Shown here: positions 52,043 through 64,000 of the stretch, in pieces | How the letters are laid out: each line of letters opens with the position of its first letter | Numbering within the stretch: the stretch's first letter is position 1 | Assembly (NCBI GenBank): GCA_964106915.2 | Contig: OZ066914.1 | Length of the DNA: 64,000 nucleotides | Direction: 5' to 3' (one strand) | From: Podarcis gaigeae | Taxonomy: Eukaryota | The notes under the pieces: generated by a model | Seen by the model: only the letters and a program-made list of their open reading frames with translations | Databases searched by the model: none | Told to the model about the DNA's origin: nothing | Position numbers and translations under genes: made by a program

Positions 52043-52222
52043 ATGTGGAAAGAAAAGACGAGATTGCCCTTACTACTACGCCTGGGGTCTCCAGTGTGGT
52101 ACATTCAGCTCCCACTCACACTACTCCTATGTTGTGAAATGTGGGGCTTTTGGGCAGGCGGGCAGGAGACCAGTTTGATTGGGATATTGCCTGCCTGTGG
52201 GTTATGGGTTTATATATATACC

Positions 52223-52403
52223 CAGTGCTTTTTTTCTGGGGTGTGTGACAGGGGTACACATTGTTGTGACGTACCCCTAAACATTTTGTGAATCTACGTT
52301 TGGCCTCATTGAGGGGCAGCATTTCAATATGAGTAGGAAAATGAAAGTACCTCTAAACAGTTTTGGTTTTTTTAAAAAAGAAAAAAAGGAAAAAAAAACA
52401 CTG
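52223..52403. mobile_element. hAT-type MITE
   Basis: TIR cagtgcttttttt / aaaaaaaacactg with a perfect 8-bp TSD tatatacc. Confidence 0.85.
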
Positions 52404-53121
52404 TATATACCTGTGGTCAGTGCTATTTTTCTAGAAAAAGATGTGCCGGAAATCACCACAAACACCTTTCTTGTTCTCCTAGAACAATGCCCCCTACTCC
52501 CATCTTGTTTCCATCTGTCTTTTCCCACAACCAGCTGCTGAAGGTACATTTATTATACTGCCATTTTTACAATTAAAACAGCTCTTTTGCACAGATATTT
52601 CACACAAAAGAGCAGTATTAAAAATGAAGTTTCCCACAAATATGTGTGGATATTTAAATTATAATTAGAAAAATCTTAATAATTATTCACAAAGGAAACA
52701 GTTTATAAGAAGTCAATAAGAAGGCCAGATACAGGATAAAGGAAGTCTTTTATTTGGTTGTTTGTATTGTTGCTTGTTATGCTCACTGTATGTTATGTTC
52801 ATGTTTAATGAGGGTGGATTTTGGGGGTGGGGTTTTGTGTTATGTTGTAAATAAAATTCCAATAAAAATTTAAAATTAAATAAAAATAAAAATAAAGTTT
52901 CCCTTGCAGGTCCAGGCATGGGTATAGACTTCTGCGGGGGGGGGGGGGGGCAGGGCAGAACCTCAGATAATTGAGTGCTTTCAATGCTTTTCAATAATAT
53001 TTGTGGATCTGCCTTCTAATCCCCTCATATGAAACTAGTATGCATCAACCTCTTCTGAAGTGCAGGTTGTAGCATCTCAATAATTTAGTTCTGAATCGGC
53101 CTTTTAACTCTCCATGAGAAC

Positions 53122-53258
53122 CAGGGCTTTTTTCCCAGGTGGAACTCACCAGAACTTAGTTCCGGCACCTCTCAAGTGGGCGCCATTGCCATTCCAAGAG
53201 AATGAGGGAGATGTTCAGGGTGAGTTCTGGCACCTCTTTTTCTAGAAAAATAGCACTG
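53122..53258. mobile_element. hAT-type MITE (half copy inverted at 52418-52490)
   Basis: cagggcttttt / aaaaatagcactg ends with TSD atgagaac / actagaac. Confidence 0.7.
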
Positions 53259-55059
53259 ACTAGAACCAATGCCCTTAGTCATTGCTTCATCGGAATCTCA
53301 CACATAATTACATAGTTGTTTAAACAGAACAAGTTTTAGAACATTTGGGGGGGGGGGACTGAGCCGCTTTTTGTAGAAGATGCAAAAGAATAATTTGACT
53401 GACTACATGAAATGTCTTCATGTAGCCCTAACAGAGATAGCAATGATTTGTCCTGAGGCATTATTATCCTTATTAACAACTCCTGGCAGCTTGCCAGCCA
53501 ATTAGCGCTCCCCATTCCCACATTCTTTTCAGTTCCTCTGATCCCCCCTCCTCTTATATCTTCTTATTAATTTGATACCATTGCTGAGCAAATAGTTCAC
53601 AGCATATAATTTAACCAAATGACTATTTCCCCTCATCTTTATGCTTGATACTTCTGTCAATCAACATTTTGCTGACTGTGCTTGTGAGTTTAATTTGATT
53701 TTCTGGTTCTGACCTGAGGAAGTCACTATATTTTCAGATTCAATTTGTTTTTGAGCTGCAGTTGTATAGATTGTGTGGTGTTCCCTCAGTAGCCTTATTG
53801 GACAGTGAGACATACATACATAATACATATACATATATATATAGAGAGAGAGAGAGAACAGAATCATAGAAAATAACCAGAAAGAGCATGAACCATTTAA
53901 ACAATTTTAGTTTTTGAACAGGCCAAAGAATAGCAGGGTATGTGCCTTAGGAGTAGAAAATGGGATGTTATTTCCATTTGGGGTGGAAAGATTCCACTCC
54001 CAAAATATTACTGCTGTAAAAGTAGGCTTCTGTAATCAATAAGACTTATTGATTGGCTATAGAGTTTAAATTAAATTTTCTCATGTAACATTTTGAGTAA
54101 TCACCATGCCATATATGGATGCAGTTGTGCTGTGGGTGGCGAAGTTTCATGTCTCTGCCTCAGAGTTAAGAAAGTAGGATTTCTGGCCGTATTTGATAGC
54201 CCTTCTTATCTCAAGGGCTCAGGGTTGATAACAATAATTGCATTTCCATGCTCTAGAAGGGGGAAGTTTTAGTGAGGGGAAAACCATTTTTAAAAGTATC
54301 TTTTGTGAGTACCTCACAAAAGTGTAGAAAATGTGCACTATTTTCTGGTGAAGGCCAACAAGCACCAAGGCAACAGAATGGTAGAAAACAATAAAATAGG
54401 AGCCAGTACCTAAAGCTAATTATTGACATTAAAAATGAATTGTCAATCCCACCAAACATCCAAATGCAGTTACTTCTGGGTTCGGCTGGCAGTGCAAAAT
54501 CACTATATCCAAAAATGGAACCAGCACAGCAAAAGTACACCAAAGTTGTATAGTCTTTACATGTGTGTTTTTAAACTAGCAAAGTTGAGTGCTCAAGTAG
54601 CCAAAGCAAACAGAGGAGGGGAGGCAATCTCAAAGCTACCAAGGAAACTTTCTTTCTTTTCCTTTTAAAAAACCAAAATCATGCTCCATGTTTCCTGTGA
54701 CATCCAACCAACCACTTTTTTGTTGTTCTCTTGCACGATGGGTTGTTTATGGTCTCTCCTGGGTATAAGCTCATGAACCCAGGAGGGTTACGCATTTTCT
54801 TCTGTAGGTTCACATACTCCCAGAAATGTGATGATGTTTCCCCCCCTTTCTTTTTCAACATCATGTCAAGTTACATCCTTTTCCTTCTCACCTTTCCCTT
54901 CTTGATCTAACTTTAAAGTATGCATGCCCTCTTTTCTCCCCCACTGCTCTCTGTGTTGTTGGAAGAGGCAGTGGCAAGTTTATAAGTATGCACATAATTA
55001 GGGCACTGTGTGGCTGAGCCCCCTCCCCAAGTTACTAGCAAGTTAACTGAGAGGATATT

Positions 55060-55546
55060 AAGGTCACCTAGTCCATCTCCCAGCAGTGAAGGAATATCAA
55101 CAGACGGCCAACCAACCTCTGTTTAAAAGTCTCCAATGAAGGAGAGCCCACCATCCTCTGAGGCAGCTGTGGTGTAGTTGTTAAGAGCGGTGGACTCGTA
55201 ATCTGCTGAACCAGGTTTGACACCCCGCTCCTCCACATGCAGCTGCTGGGGGACCTTGGGCTAGTCACACTTCTCTGAAGTCTCTCAGCCTCACTCACCT
55301 CACAGAGTGTTGTGGGGGAGGAAGGGAAAGGAGAATGTTAGCTGCTTTGAGACTCCTTCGGGTAGTGATAAAGCGGGATATCAAATCCATACTCCTCCTC
55401 CTCCTCCTCCTCCTCCTCCTCCTCCTCGTCCTCCTCCTCTTCTTCTTCTTCTCTTCTGCTGTTGGAACAGCTCTTACTGTCAGAAAGTTCTTCCTAATGT
55501 TTAGCTGGAATCTCCTTCTAATTTGAATCCATTGGTTTGGGTCCTA
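55060..55546 (-). mobile_element. CR1 3' fragment split by a Squam3-type SINE
   Basis: LPQRMVGSPSLETFKQRL on the minus strand, resuming at 55456 with gaacagctcttactgtcagaaagttcttcc. Matches 58755-59190. Confidence 0.8.
55169..55455 (+). mobile_element. Squam3-type (MIR/Ther1-related CORE) SINE
   Basis: tgtggtgtagttgttaagagc head, gaccttgggctagtcac CORE-like segment, and (CCT)n(CTT)n tail. Confidence 0.85.
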
Positions 55547-56097
55547 TTTAGTGGCCTAAGTATTAGGTATTACGTTTTTGTGGAGGGAGAGGATACAATT
55601 CCCATTATCCCTGATCACTGGTCCTGTTAGCTAGGAATGATGGGAGTTGTAGTCCCAAAACAGCTGGAGGGTCAAGTTTGGCCATGCCTGCACTACAACC
55701 ATGCTTAGTCTTGTTGTGGAGGATGGGGTGATTAAAAAAATAAATCCTCCTGTCAGACTGGGAATATCCCCTCACTCATGCAGTTTAGGATATTCCACTA
55801 TTCTTCAGCAGTTTCTTTTCTTTCAACAAAGTAAGCGGTCGACGAATATATCAAACAAAGCTTTAAAAATAAAGAAAATTGTAACACCATAACATACTAT
55901 CTGAGAGAAACTAAAGCAACATCATGAGGCAAGAATGAGGCAAGGAAGACAACTGGTCTCTCTAACTGAACTGAACTGAACATAACTAAACACCTGAAGG
56001 GAGGGCCTGATTCCAGAGTCCAGCGCACCAGATGCCAGACATTCTACTATTCAAATTAGATCTCAGTGTTTTTCTAACATTTCTCACATTGGGTATG

Positions 56098-57089
56098 TGT
56101 CATGGGCCAGGAGTCATCTTCAGCTGCTGAAAAGCAGCCTGAAGAGGGAGAAGGGGGAGTGACTCCATCTGCAGTTGATCAGGCTTCAAGGACACAGAGG
56201 AGAAGACACTGATGAGAACCAGTTGGCTATACCTTTCTGAAGAAACCAGAGGCCTTTCTCCTGGGTATGGTCGGCCAATTGGTGCCAAAGAAGGATAGAA
56301 CATTATTTATGTATGCTACAACAGCAGCAAGAATACTCATCGCAAAGTATTGGAAGACACAAGATCTACCCACCTTGGAAGAATGGCAGATGAAGGTGAT
56401 AGACTATATGGGACTGGCAGAAATGACTGGCAGAATCCGAGACCAGGGAAGAGAGACGGCGGAAGAAGATTGGAAGAAATTTAAGGACTACCTTAGGAAA
56501 CATTGCAAAATTAATGAATGTTAGATTGACATTGGTTTAGAAATTAAGTGGTTTTCAGCTGTAATGATTAAGTAAAAAGAAAAGAAAGGCTAAACATCAA
56601 ATGAAAAATAAGGGAGAGGATTTGCTGAATTAATAATTAGAAATTGGAATACAGAAAGGGGAGGTATGAGGAGGTCGGGGAAGTAAATTCTAAGATAATA
56701 AGGGATTGAAATTATACTTGTGTTTGTTTGTGTTTTGTTTGTATTATTGTTTTGTTTTTATATAATTTTTGAAACTTTAATAAATATCTTTAAAAAAAAA
56801 AAAAAAAAGATGAGAACCAGTTGGCTTCAGCCTTCTTAAGCAGAGCTTCCAGCAGCAGTCAGATGCAGGTAACAATGCTCGTAAGATCCTGGCCCTACCT
56901 TGCTGCTTCTTGCTCATCTTGACCCATGATCATCGGAACCCTGACGCCTGGACCATGTGAATTGCTGTTTGCCCGACCCTAGGACTGGATGGACCTGACT
57001 TTGGATGCTGACTCTAAGACTCTTCTGGTTTGCTGGCTTCCCACGTCACTGAACTATGCATGCTGTTTCTCAGCAATGAGACTACAACA
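56098..57089. mobile_element. solo LTR (~394 bp net) interrupted by L1
   Basis: TGT...ACA ends with a perfect 5-bp TSD gtatg at 56093-56097 and 57090-57094. Confidence 0.7.
56229..56808 (+). mobile_element. young 5'-truncated L1 (ORF2 C-terminus, 3' UTR, polyA)
   Basis: Open frame KKPEAFLLG...AARILIAKYWKTQDLPTLEEW...WKKFKDYL, AATAAA, A17 tail, and a perfect 18-bp TSD gatgagaaccagttggct at 56211-56228 and 56809-56826. Confidence 0.93.
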
Positions 57090-57203
57090 GTATGTATCAG
57101 TATGTAGATTCTGAGAGTTTGACAGCACAGTCCTATACATGTCTACTCAAAATTAAGTTCAATTACATTAAATGAGGCCTAGTTCTATGGGTATTGCAGC
57201 TTC

Positions 57204-57455
57204 AGGGTGGTATTCAGCTACTGCGTCCCATCTGCAATAATTTCTGCTTGCGCAATCGGACTTTCCTTTGTCCCCCCCGCCATGTGTGCCTGGTGCCCTC
57301 CCCAAATTTGCACCAGATTGTTGGGGTTGTGCTGGATACTCAATAGCAGATATAGGGGCATGTGGGGAAAAGAGAGGTGGGAAGCATTCTGTTTGTGCAA
57401 GCAAAAATATTTGCCTCGACAGAACACTCACATAGTTCTGCATTGGATACAATGC
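57204..57455. mobile_element. degraded palindromic MITE
   Basis: atttctgcttgcgcaa / ttgtgcaagcaaaaat inner arms and gtattca / tggatac ends. Confidence 0.5.
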
Positions 57456-58753
57456 TCAGAAATGTTCCCTGGTCCTATTCAGTTGAGAACATATAATTCA
57501 ATGAGTCAATAAAGAAAAGGCTGTAGAATCTGACTGGGAAGGTCTGTTAGAGAGACAGTTGGAGGCATTGTAACATGAAAAACATCTAAGAACAAATATG
57601 TAGCTGTAAAGGCAGAATTAGAGATGGAACCAGTCACCCTAAAGATATAAATTGCCAGATTCATAAGCTCTGGAAACTTAGACGTAAATAGGCTCTTACT
57701 AAAGATAATCAATTTTTTCCCCAGCGTGCCCATTCCAGCATCTTTTACAAAGAGCAGCAAAAAGAAATCTTTTCAACATATTTTTTTATCACTGGTTCCT
57801 TGCCTAATTTGCAAAGTGTTGAAGATATTTGTGTGTGTGTGCTTTGAAAAGGTCATTGTACCATCTTGCCAACTCCTATTACATCATCTTCTAGTTTGGT
57901 CACACAGTTGAATTTGTGGTATCACATTAAATTTCACTACAGCAAACTGTGATATCATTAAGGGTTGAGATTTTTCCTATTTTCTGAAGCAGAAGGTAAA
58001 GCTGAGGTATTTGAGGGAGATTTCCTCTTCACACATCTGAAAGGCAGTTGTGAGGAAATATGGCAAATGATTGATCAGTTGGTTTACTCTTGTATACTGT
58101 AGGTATTTTGTTTCTTATAACTTTACTGTCAGTGTGAATTTCTCAGCCATGACAATTTCACTTGCTGAAATGTCAATGCTGTATCATCTATTTATTTATT
58201 TTTGTTCTTCAAGGTTAAGGATGTGGATATGTATCAATGCTTGGATATATTTATTAAAAGGTTAGAAAGTACACTGAACTGTTGACTAGTGTAGAATTTA
58301 TTTTAGGAGAAAACATAAACACGAAGAAACCATAATCTTGGTGTAATGTAGGAATCTAATTAAGACTAATGAGGCAACATTAAATTTAATGTATGATGCA
58401 TTTTATAAGCCTTACCATTAGAGCTACAGCAAGCTGTTCATCTGAGCAGCAAACTTTACTGAAAAAGCCCCTAAAGGCATTCTTAAACAACTTGGGCTCA
58501 GGACTGTCTTTGGCCCTTGTGCCATTTGCTGAATGGGAAAGAGGAATTGTGCAAAAACCTGTGATTCGTTTCAGTTGTCTCTAAGGCCCAATTTATTTAT
58601 TACCAGAAATGCCTGGTTGCTACTTTCTCAGGGATGAGTCTATCCCATGTCATTCTGGGATGGAGTCCAGGCCAAAGTTAGAGGGACATGATTAAGAGGG
58701 ATGGGCAGAGCATGCGGGAGGTTCCTATGTCAGTGGTATACATTTCTCTGAGG

Positions 58754-59190
58754 ATCATAGAGTCAGAAGGGACCCAAGGATCATCTAGCCCAACCCTCTC
58801 CAGGGATCTCAAATATCCCTCTGCAGGGATCTCAAATATCCATTACAGATGGCTGCCCAACCTCTGCTTTAAAAACTTCTAAGGAAGGAGAGTTCACAAC
58901 TTCCTGACGGAGACCGTTCCTCAGTCAAACAGCTCTTACTGTCAGAAAGTTTTTCTGCGTGTTTAGTCAGAATCTCCTTTCTTGTAACTTGAAGCTATTG
59001 GTTTGGGTCCTACTACGTAACAGCCCTTGTGATATTTGAAGATGTCATCTCCTCATCATATCTCCTCTTCTTTTCCAGGCTAAACATACCCAGCTTCTCC
59101 AGCTGTTCCTCATCAGGCTTGGTTTCCAGACCCATGGTTGTCCTCCTCTGGACACGTTCCAGCTTGTCAGCACCCTTCTTAAATTGTGGC
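58754..59190 (-). mobile_element. CR1 LINE 3' fragment
   Basis: PQFKKGADKLERVQRR...LEKLGMFSLEKKR plus a CR1 tail. Contains an internal 23-bp tandem duplication at 58801-58841. Confidence 0.88.
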
Positions 59191-59396
59191 AGTGCTGATG
59201 CAAGAATTTCTGTGTGGACAGCCCTTTGCACCTAATTGATTCGCATGTTCATATGTTACCAGAGTGATAACCATACTGCTTGTTTGAATTAGCCGTCAAT
59301 CTGTCAGTACAGGTGGGCAGAGTGAGCTGCAGTAGTGTTTGCTTAGGTGGCACAGATGGGGGGCCACCATTGCTATCTTAACCACAACACCATTAA

Positions 59397-59657
59397 GAGC
59401 CAGTGTGGTGTAGTGGTTAAGAGCGGTAGACTTGTAATCTGGTGAACCGGGTTCGCATCTCCGCTCCTCCATATGCAGCTGCTGGGTGACCTTGGGCCAG
59501 TCACACTTCTCTGAAGTCTCTCAGCCTCACTCACCTCACCGAGTGTTTGTTGTGGGGCAGGAAGGGAAAGGAAAGGAGATTGTTAGCCGCTTTGAGACTT
59601 CTTCGGGTAGTGATAAAGCGGGATATCAAATCCAAACTCTTCTTCTTCTTCTTCTCT
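59397..59657 (+). mobile_element. Squam3-type SINE
   Basis: Full head gagccagtgtggtgtagtggttaagagc, highly similar to 55169-55455, with a (CTT)n tail. Confidence 0.88.
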
Positions 59658-61030
59658 TTGCTTCCTAACAAAGCAGGTCGCTGTCACTTATCAAGAGGGA
59701 GAGAGGAGGCGTGGGGAGCATGAAGTGCTATGGTGCATAGCAGTGGGAGCATCAGATTTGGCTCTACAACCATGCACCACATCAAACTCCATGTCTTTCA
59801 CCCCTCATCTCTTGGTAAGTCCCAGTGGCCTGTTGTGTTGGGAAGCCAGGAGGACAGCAATGCCCCATACAGGCTTATTAAACCATTGGGATGATTATAG
59901 CCCTCTTGGGACATGTTTCTCAGATGTAAATCCTACAGGATAAGTGGGGACAAATAACTCTGCCCTTTCTGTTGCTATCCCTGTGAGTTTAAGAAAGAAG
60001 CTCAAAGTCCAGTCCAGGCAGCATGGAATGGAGACAGCATATTTGTAGTGGTCATTTAGAAAAGGTTGTCTGCCTGCTGCTGGCCTCAACTCCGGAAAGA
60101 GAAGATCGAGGGACAGTTGTCCCAGAGGTCCAGTGGAAGGGTTGTCACTAACTTTCTCTCTCTGCCACTAACTGACATATGGCTGGGCTGCTCATGGATT
60201 CCCTTCGCATTGCACTAAAATAATTCCACAATCTCACAAAAATTCAAGGGCATGACCCATTCCTGTGGGTGCAGCTGTGTGAGTAGAAAGGGATTTGCAT
60301 ATTGGTCAATCAAGCTCTCTTTCCTCCTCCCCACCCCCGCTTCCACAGCTGCTCCTCAGATGCACACACATTACTTTGTGGACTTGCCATGACTTTTAAT
60401 GGAGGGAAACATGCACCCTGCATATGTGTCCCAGCCAGTTACTTGATTCAATCCGCTCCCACATTTTCAACAACGTCAGTCCCAGAGGAATGGGTTGCCC
60501 TGACGTTGTGCGTCCAAAATGCAGATACTGAACCATTTGGGAAGCAGCATTCCACCTCTGGGTAGCTTGTGATACTCATCTCTCTGACATTCACCAGTTT
60601 GGTAGAAAGGAAGATAGATTACGTGAGCACAGAAGTTTGTTGTTGCTTCTATTATGTTTTCTGTAGCTCCTTGTTTTCCAAGCATGTTGGATCTATTATT
60701 TCCACAGGAAGGAGCTAAAAGCAGTTTTTATTAATACTGCCTTGCCACTACTAATCACTTATCAAGCAGCATATGCCAGTTTCAGGCATATTCCCCCTTA
60801 TCCCATTCCCGCTCTTAAATGCTAAGTAACATTTACTATCTGCGTAATTTGTGAGACTTTGGGTAACTTTGCTAGTGGAATGAATTTCCCATGGGGACAT
60901 AGGCTATGATCTCTAAGGTTGCTTCCAGGCGATCTGTTCATTGAGCATTCATTCCGATTTGCTTGTGAGGGGCATGCATGACATTGTGTCAAGCAACTGT
61001 TACCCCACACTTTCCTGTGTACTATCTGAA

Positions 61031-61370
61031 TTATTATTGTTATTGTTATTGTTATTGTTATTCCCTGCCCATCTGTCTGGGTTTCCCCAGCCACTCGGGA
61101 TGGCTTCCAATAGAATATTAAAAATACAATAAAACATTAAACATTAAAAACTTCCCTAAACAGGGCTGCCTTCAGATGTCTTCTAAAGGTCAAGGTTGCT
61201 TATTTCCTTGACATCTGATGGGAGGGTGTTCCACAGGGCAGGCACCACTACTGAGAAGGCCCTCTGCCTGGTTCCCTGTAACCTCACTTCTCACCAGAAG
61301 GCCCTCGGCGCTGGTCCTCAGTGTCCGGACTCCATGATGGGGGTGGAGATGCTCCTTCAGGTATACTGGG
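61031..61370 (-). mobile_element. L2 3' fragment
   Basis: Reverse complement of the 774-1140 / 43885-44200 region, with a (TTATTG)n tail. Confidence 0.9.
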
Positions 61371-61523
61371 CTATATCACTCTGCTTAACAGTAGCACTGG
61401 CCTTGTGATCCATTCACAAGACAAGGAGGATTGGACAGTACAGCTGTCTGTAGCCCAGTGCATCATGGTGCCTGCTCTATTTACTGTTACTCATGCTCAG
61501 CACAAAATCATAAACCTCTAGGT

Positions 61524-61850
61524 CAGGGGTCAGCAAACTTACTGCACCTTGGGCCGGTGTCTCCAGTGCCAATTGCGCGGTGGTCCGGAGCATGGAGAGC
61601 GTGCCCATACACGTGCACACATGCTATTTCTGGTGCACTTCCGGGTCGCAGGACCACCAGAAATAGCTTGTGCACATGTGCACGGGCCTCCTCCGACCCA
61701 GATGTGCACTGGAAATAACGTGTGCATATGCACACAAGCTATTTCTGGTGCTCCTCCGACCCAGAAGTGGGTAGCCGCACAGCGCAGTGCCAGTAAGAGT
61801 GGGCGACAGGGACCTTATCCGGCCCGTGGGCTTTAGTTTGGGGACCCCTG
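61524..61850. mobile_element. hAT MITE
   Basis: TIR caggggtcagcaaact / agtttggggacccctg with a perfect 8-bp TSD ctctaggt. Confidence 0.92.
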
Positions 61851-62326
61851 CTCTAGGTCCTTAATTACTAATTATTAAGAAGCTTATTCTTAATGTTAAC
61901 ATCATTTCTCTTTCTTCTGCTCCCCATTATGGAGGAAATGAACTCGCATAGTCTGGCTGGGGGAGAGGGAAGCTCAAAGAGGTAAAGGTTCCTTCAGAAT
62001 ACAACCTATGCTACCATCTTCATCTTTCATATCTCACTGTAAAAAAAGAAAACTGCCACAAAGGCACTTGGGAGCATTTTTCTAATGCCACTCCAAAGTT
62101 AAAAGATAATTTGACTTCAAGCGGTGGGGGGGAATGCTGCCTTTTTCTTTCAAAAAAATTAATAGAATTAGTCATAAGGACTATTTTTAGCAAAAGTTCA
62201 ACTTTATCCATGTATTTTAATGTGGGAAAAGCGTGTCCTTTTCCCTCTGTTAATGTTTGATACTTTCCAGCCCTCCTGCGAGTGTGTTTGAGTATCTTAG
62301 GGGGCTCTGGAGTGGAGGAGAACTTC

Positions 62327-62458
62327 NNNNNNNNNNNNNNNNNNNNNNNNNNNNNNNNNNNNNNNNNNNNNNNNNNNNNNNNNNNNNNNNNNNNNNNNNN
62401 NNNNNNNNNNNNNNNNNNNNNNNNNNNNNNNNNNNNNNNNNNNNNNNNNNNNNNNNNN
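62327..62458. other. assembly gap (132 N)
   Basis: Run of N. Confidence 1.
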
Positions 62459-63474
62459 CTTTAGGAGTCCCGAGTTTGACATTATGTCAAACAAATGTGA
62501 AATATTGTTTATTAAATTTGAATAATACAGGGAAAGGGGGAAAATGGGCCTTGGCTTATCATGCAAAGGTTCATTATTAAGTCTGCAAAGGACTTCCTAG
62601 CTCTAATAAATTGAATTATATCCATAAATATACATGTAAACTAAGATCATGGTTTTGTATTGGTCTATATTGTAGTAGTCAGTTACTCACTTGCATTCTC
62701 ATGTTCCCATGAAATGAGGCATATGCATGAAAGAGAATCCTTTCTGTGTGGCGTGGGGGTGCCAATCCTACTCCCCCCCAAAAACTTGCCATAATTGAAA
62801 AGACAGGGAATTAATGGTTTGGATATATGAGTTTCTATTCACACAGGGTTGCATTCTCAGGAGGCTATAAGTGGAGTCATAGTAAACTGTTATATCTTTG
62901 GGTAATTCACAATCGTTTATGCAGCACAGTAAGTGTGTAGAGGACCTTACTGTTTTCATTCCATGCATCCTCAATGATCCTTGAGCCCTAGAGTATAGGG
63001 TGGTTTCTGAGAGAACTGTGTGTGTGTGTGTGTGCATGAGGAGAGAAAAACACATTGATTCAAGATGCCTGGCATCTGCAAGCCACATGATCCTGCACTG
63101 ATTCCCATGCCAATCCCCAGTGCTAGTCCAAAATGACAGACTAGGGGCTATCAGGATGTATGCTTGCATGACACCATCAAAATAAACAACTAGAACACAA
63201 AAGCCCTATTCTAGTTGATATCTCTTGGAAATGTTCCTTTCCCACTACTTCGAGGTTCACCTGAGCTGCCATCTGGCCTCTGCATAAATTTTACTGAGGA
63301 CCTAGTCCTAAGAGTGACTCATCAGTATTGATGTGTAAAGGCCTTGCACATCGAACCCACTCTCTGTGACACTGCCCTGCCTCTGATTTGTAATACTGAT
63401 GAGGCATCTGCTTGTTGTATGAATTATATCTCCAGTATAAATGGACTGTTAATGATGATTTTTTTATCCGATGG

Positions 63475-63585
63475 TCATAGAACTAACGAGTTGGAAGGGA
63501 CCCTGAGGATCATCTAGTCCAACCATATGGGGATTGAAGCTGCAAACTAGGCATTATCAGCACCACACTCTAACCAACTGAGTGT
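63475..63585 (-). mobile_element. tRNA-Ile/CR1-tail SINE with internal deletion
   Basis: gagttggaagggaccctgaggatcatctagtccaacc is joined directly to atatggggattgaa...ttatcagcaccacactctaaccaactgag. Confidence 0.75.
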
Positions 63586-64000
63586 CCAATCATGGCCAAC
63601 ATTTCAGTCTGAGGCAGCTGCTTGTGTGCATGCTTGGTGCCCCCTACTCATGAATGGTCACGCATAGATAAGAAAGCAGATGTTTCTTATCATGTCTACA
63701 AATTGCTTTCCTGTGACACCCAACCGCTAACTGTTACCTAACACAAATAACTAGAAATACATATCTTGTATAAGTATTTGAATGTGTGGTGAGATCATGC
63801 TTACAGATGATGTTTGGTGTGGTGAATGCACATCTGAGGCTGCCAACAGTTCCTCATCTGTAAAAACACCAGCAGCATATCACTCAATAATAAGTGCTTC
63901 TCTGAAGAGGAAGTTGGACTTTTTGAGGAAGCTAATATTTTAAATATTTTATCTCTCCCTATGGCGTCATTTCCACTAAATGATGAAGGTAGATGGGAAA

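Noticed and set aside
52418-53258. Apparent 840-bp element with long terminal inverted repeats
   Set aside because: The flanks cctgtggt and actagaac are not a TSD, and the right copy has its own TSD, so these are two independent MITE copies.

Overview
Vertebrate non-coding DNA, almost certainly squamate and probably a lacertid lizard. This is inferred from Sauria SINEs, Squam3-type CORE-SINEs, a tRNA-Ile/CR1-tailed SINE and BovB. I recognise no host protein-coding exon, so the window is probably intergenic or a long intron. All recognisable ORFs come from retrotransposons. Main elements are a full-length but disabled RTE-BovB LINE (14551-17904, -), a 2.9 kb L2 LINE (41349-44237, +), L1/CR1/L2/BovB fragments, several SINE families, solo LTRs, and hAT and Tc1/mariner MITEs, plus microsatellites and two assembly gaps. 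Many insertions are nested and have readable target-site duplications (TSDs). Three signals are the most unusual. (1) A 121-bp insert inside BovB carries an intact minimal hammerhead-ribozyme motif of the Penelope-like type, has a stuttered 13-nt junction, and has two decayed relatives elsewhere in the window. (2) A ~350-bp degenerate palindrome lies in otherwise unique DNA at 20602-20949. (3) A 19-bp segment appears to be locally templated. Family names come from recalled consensus features, not database searches. I cannot demonstrate a new biological system from sequence alone.
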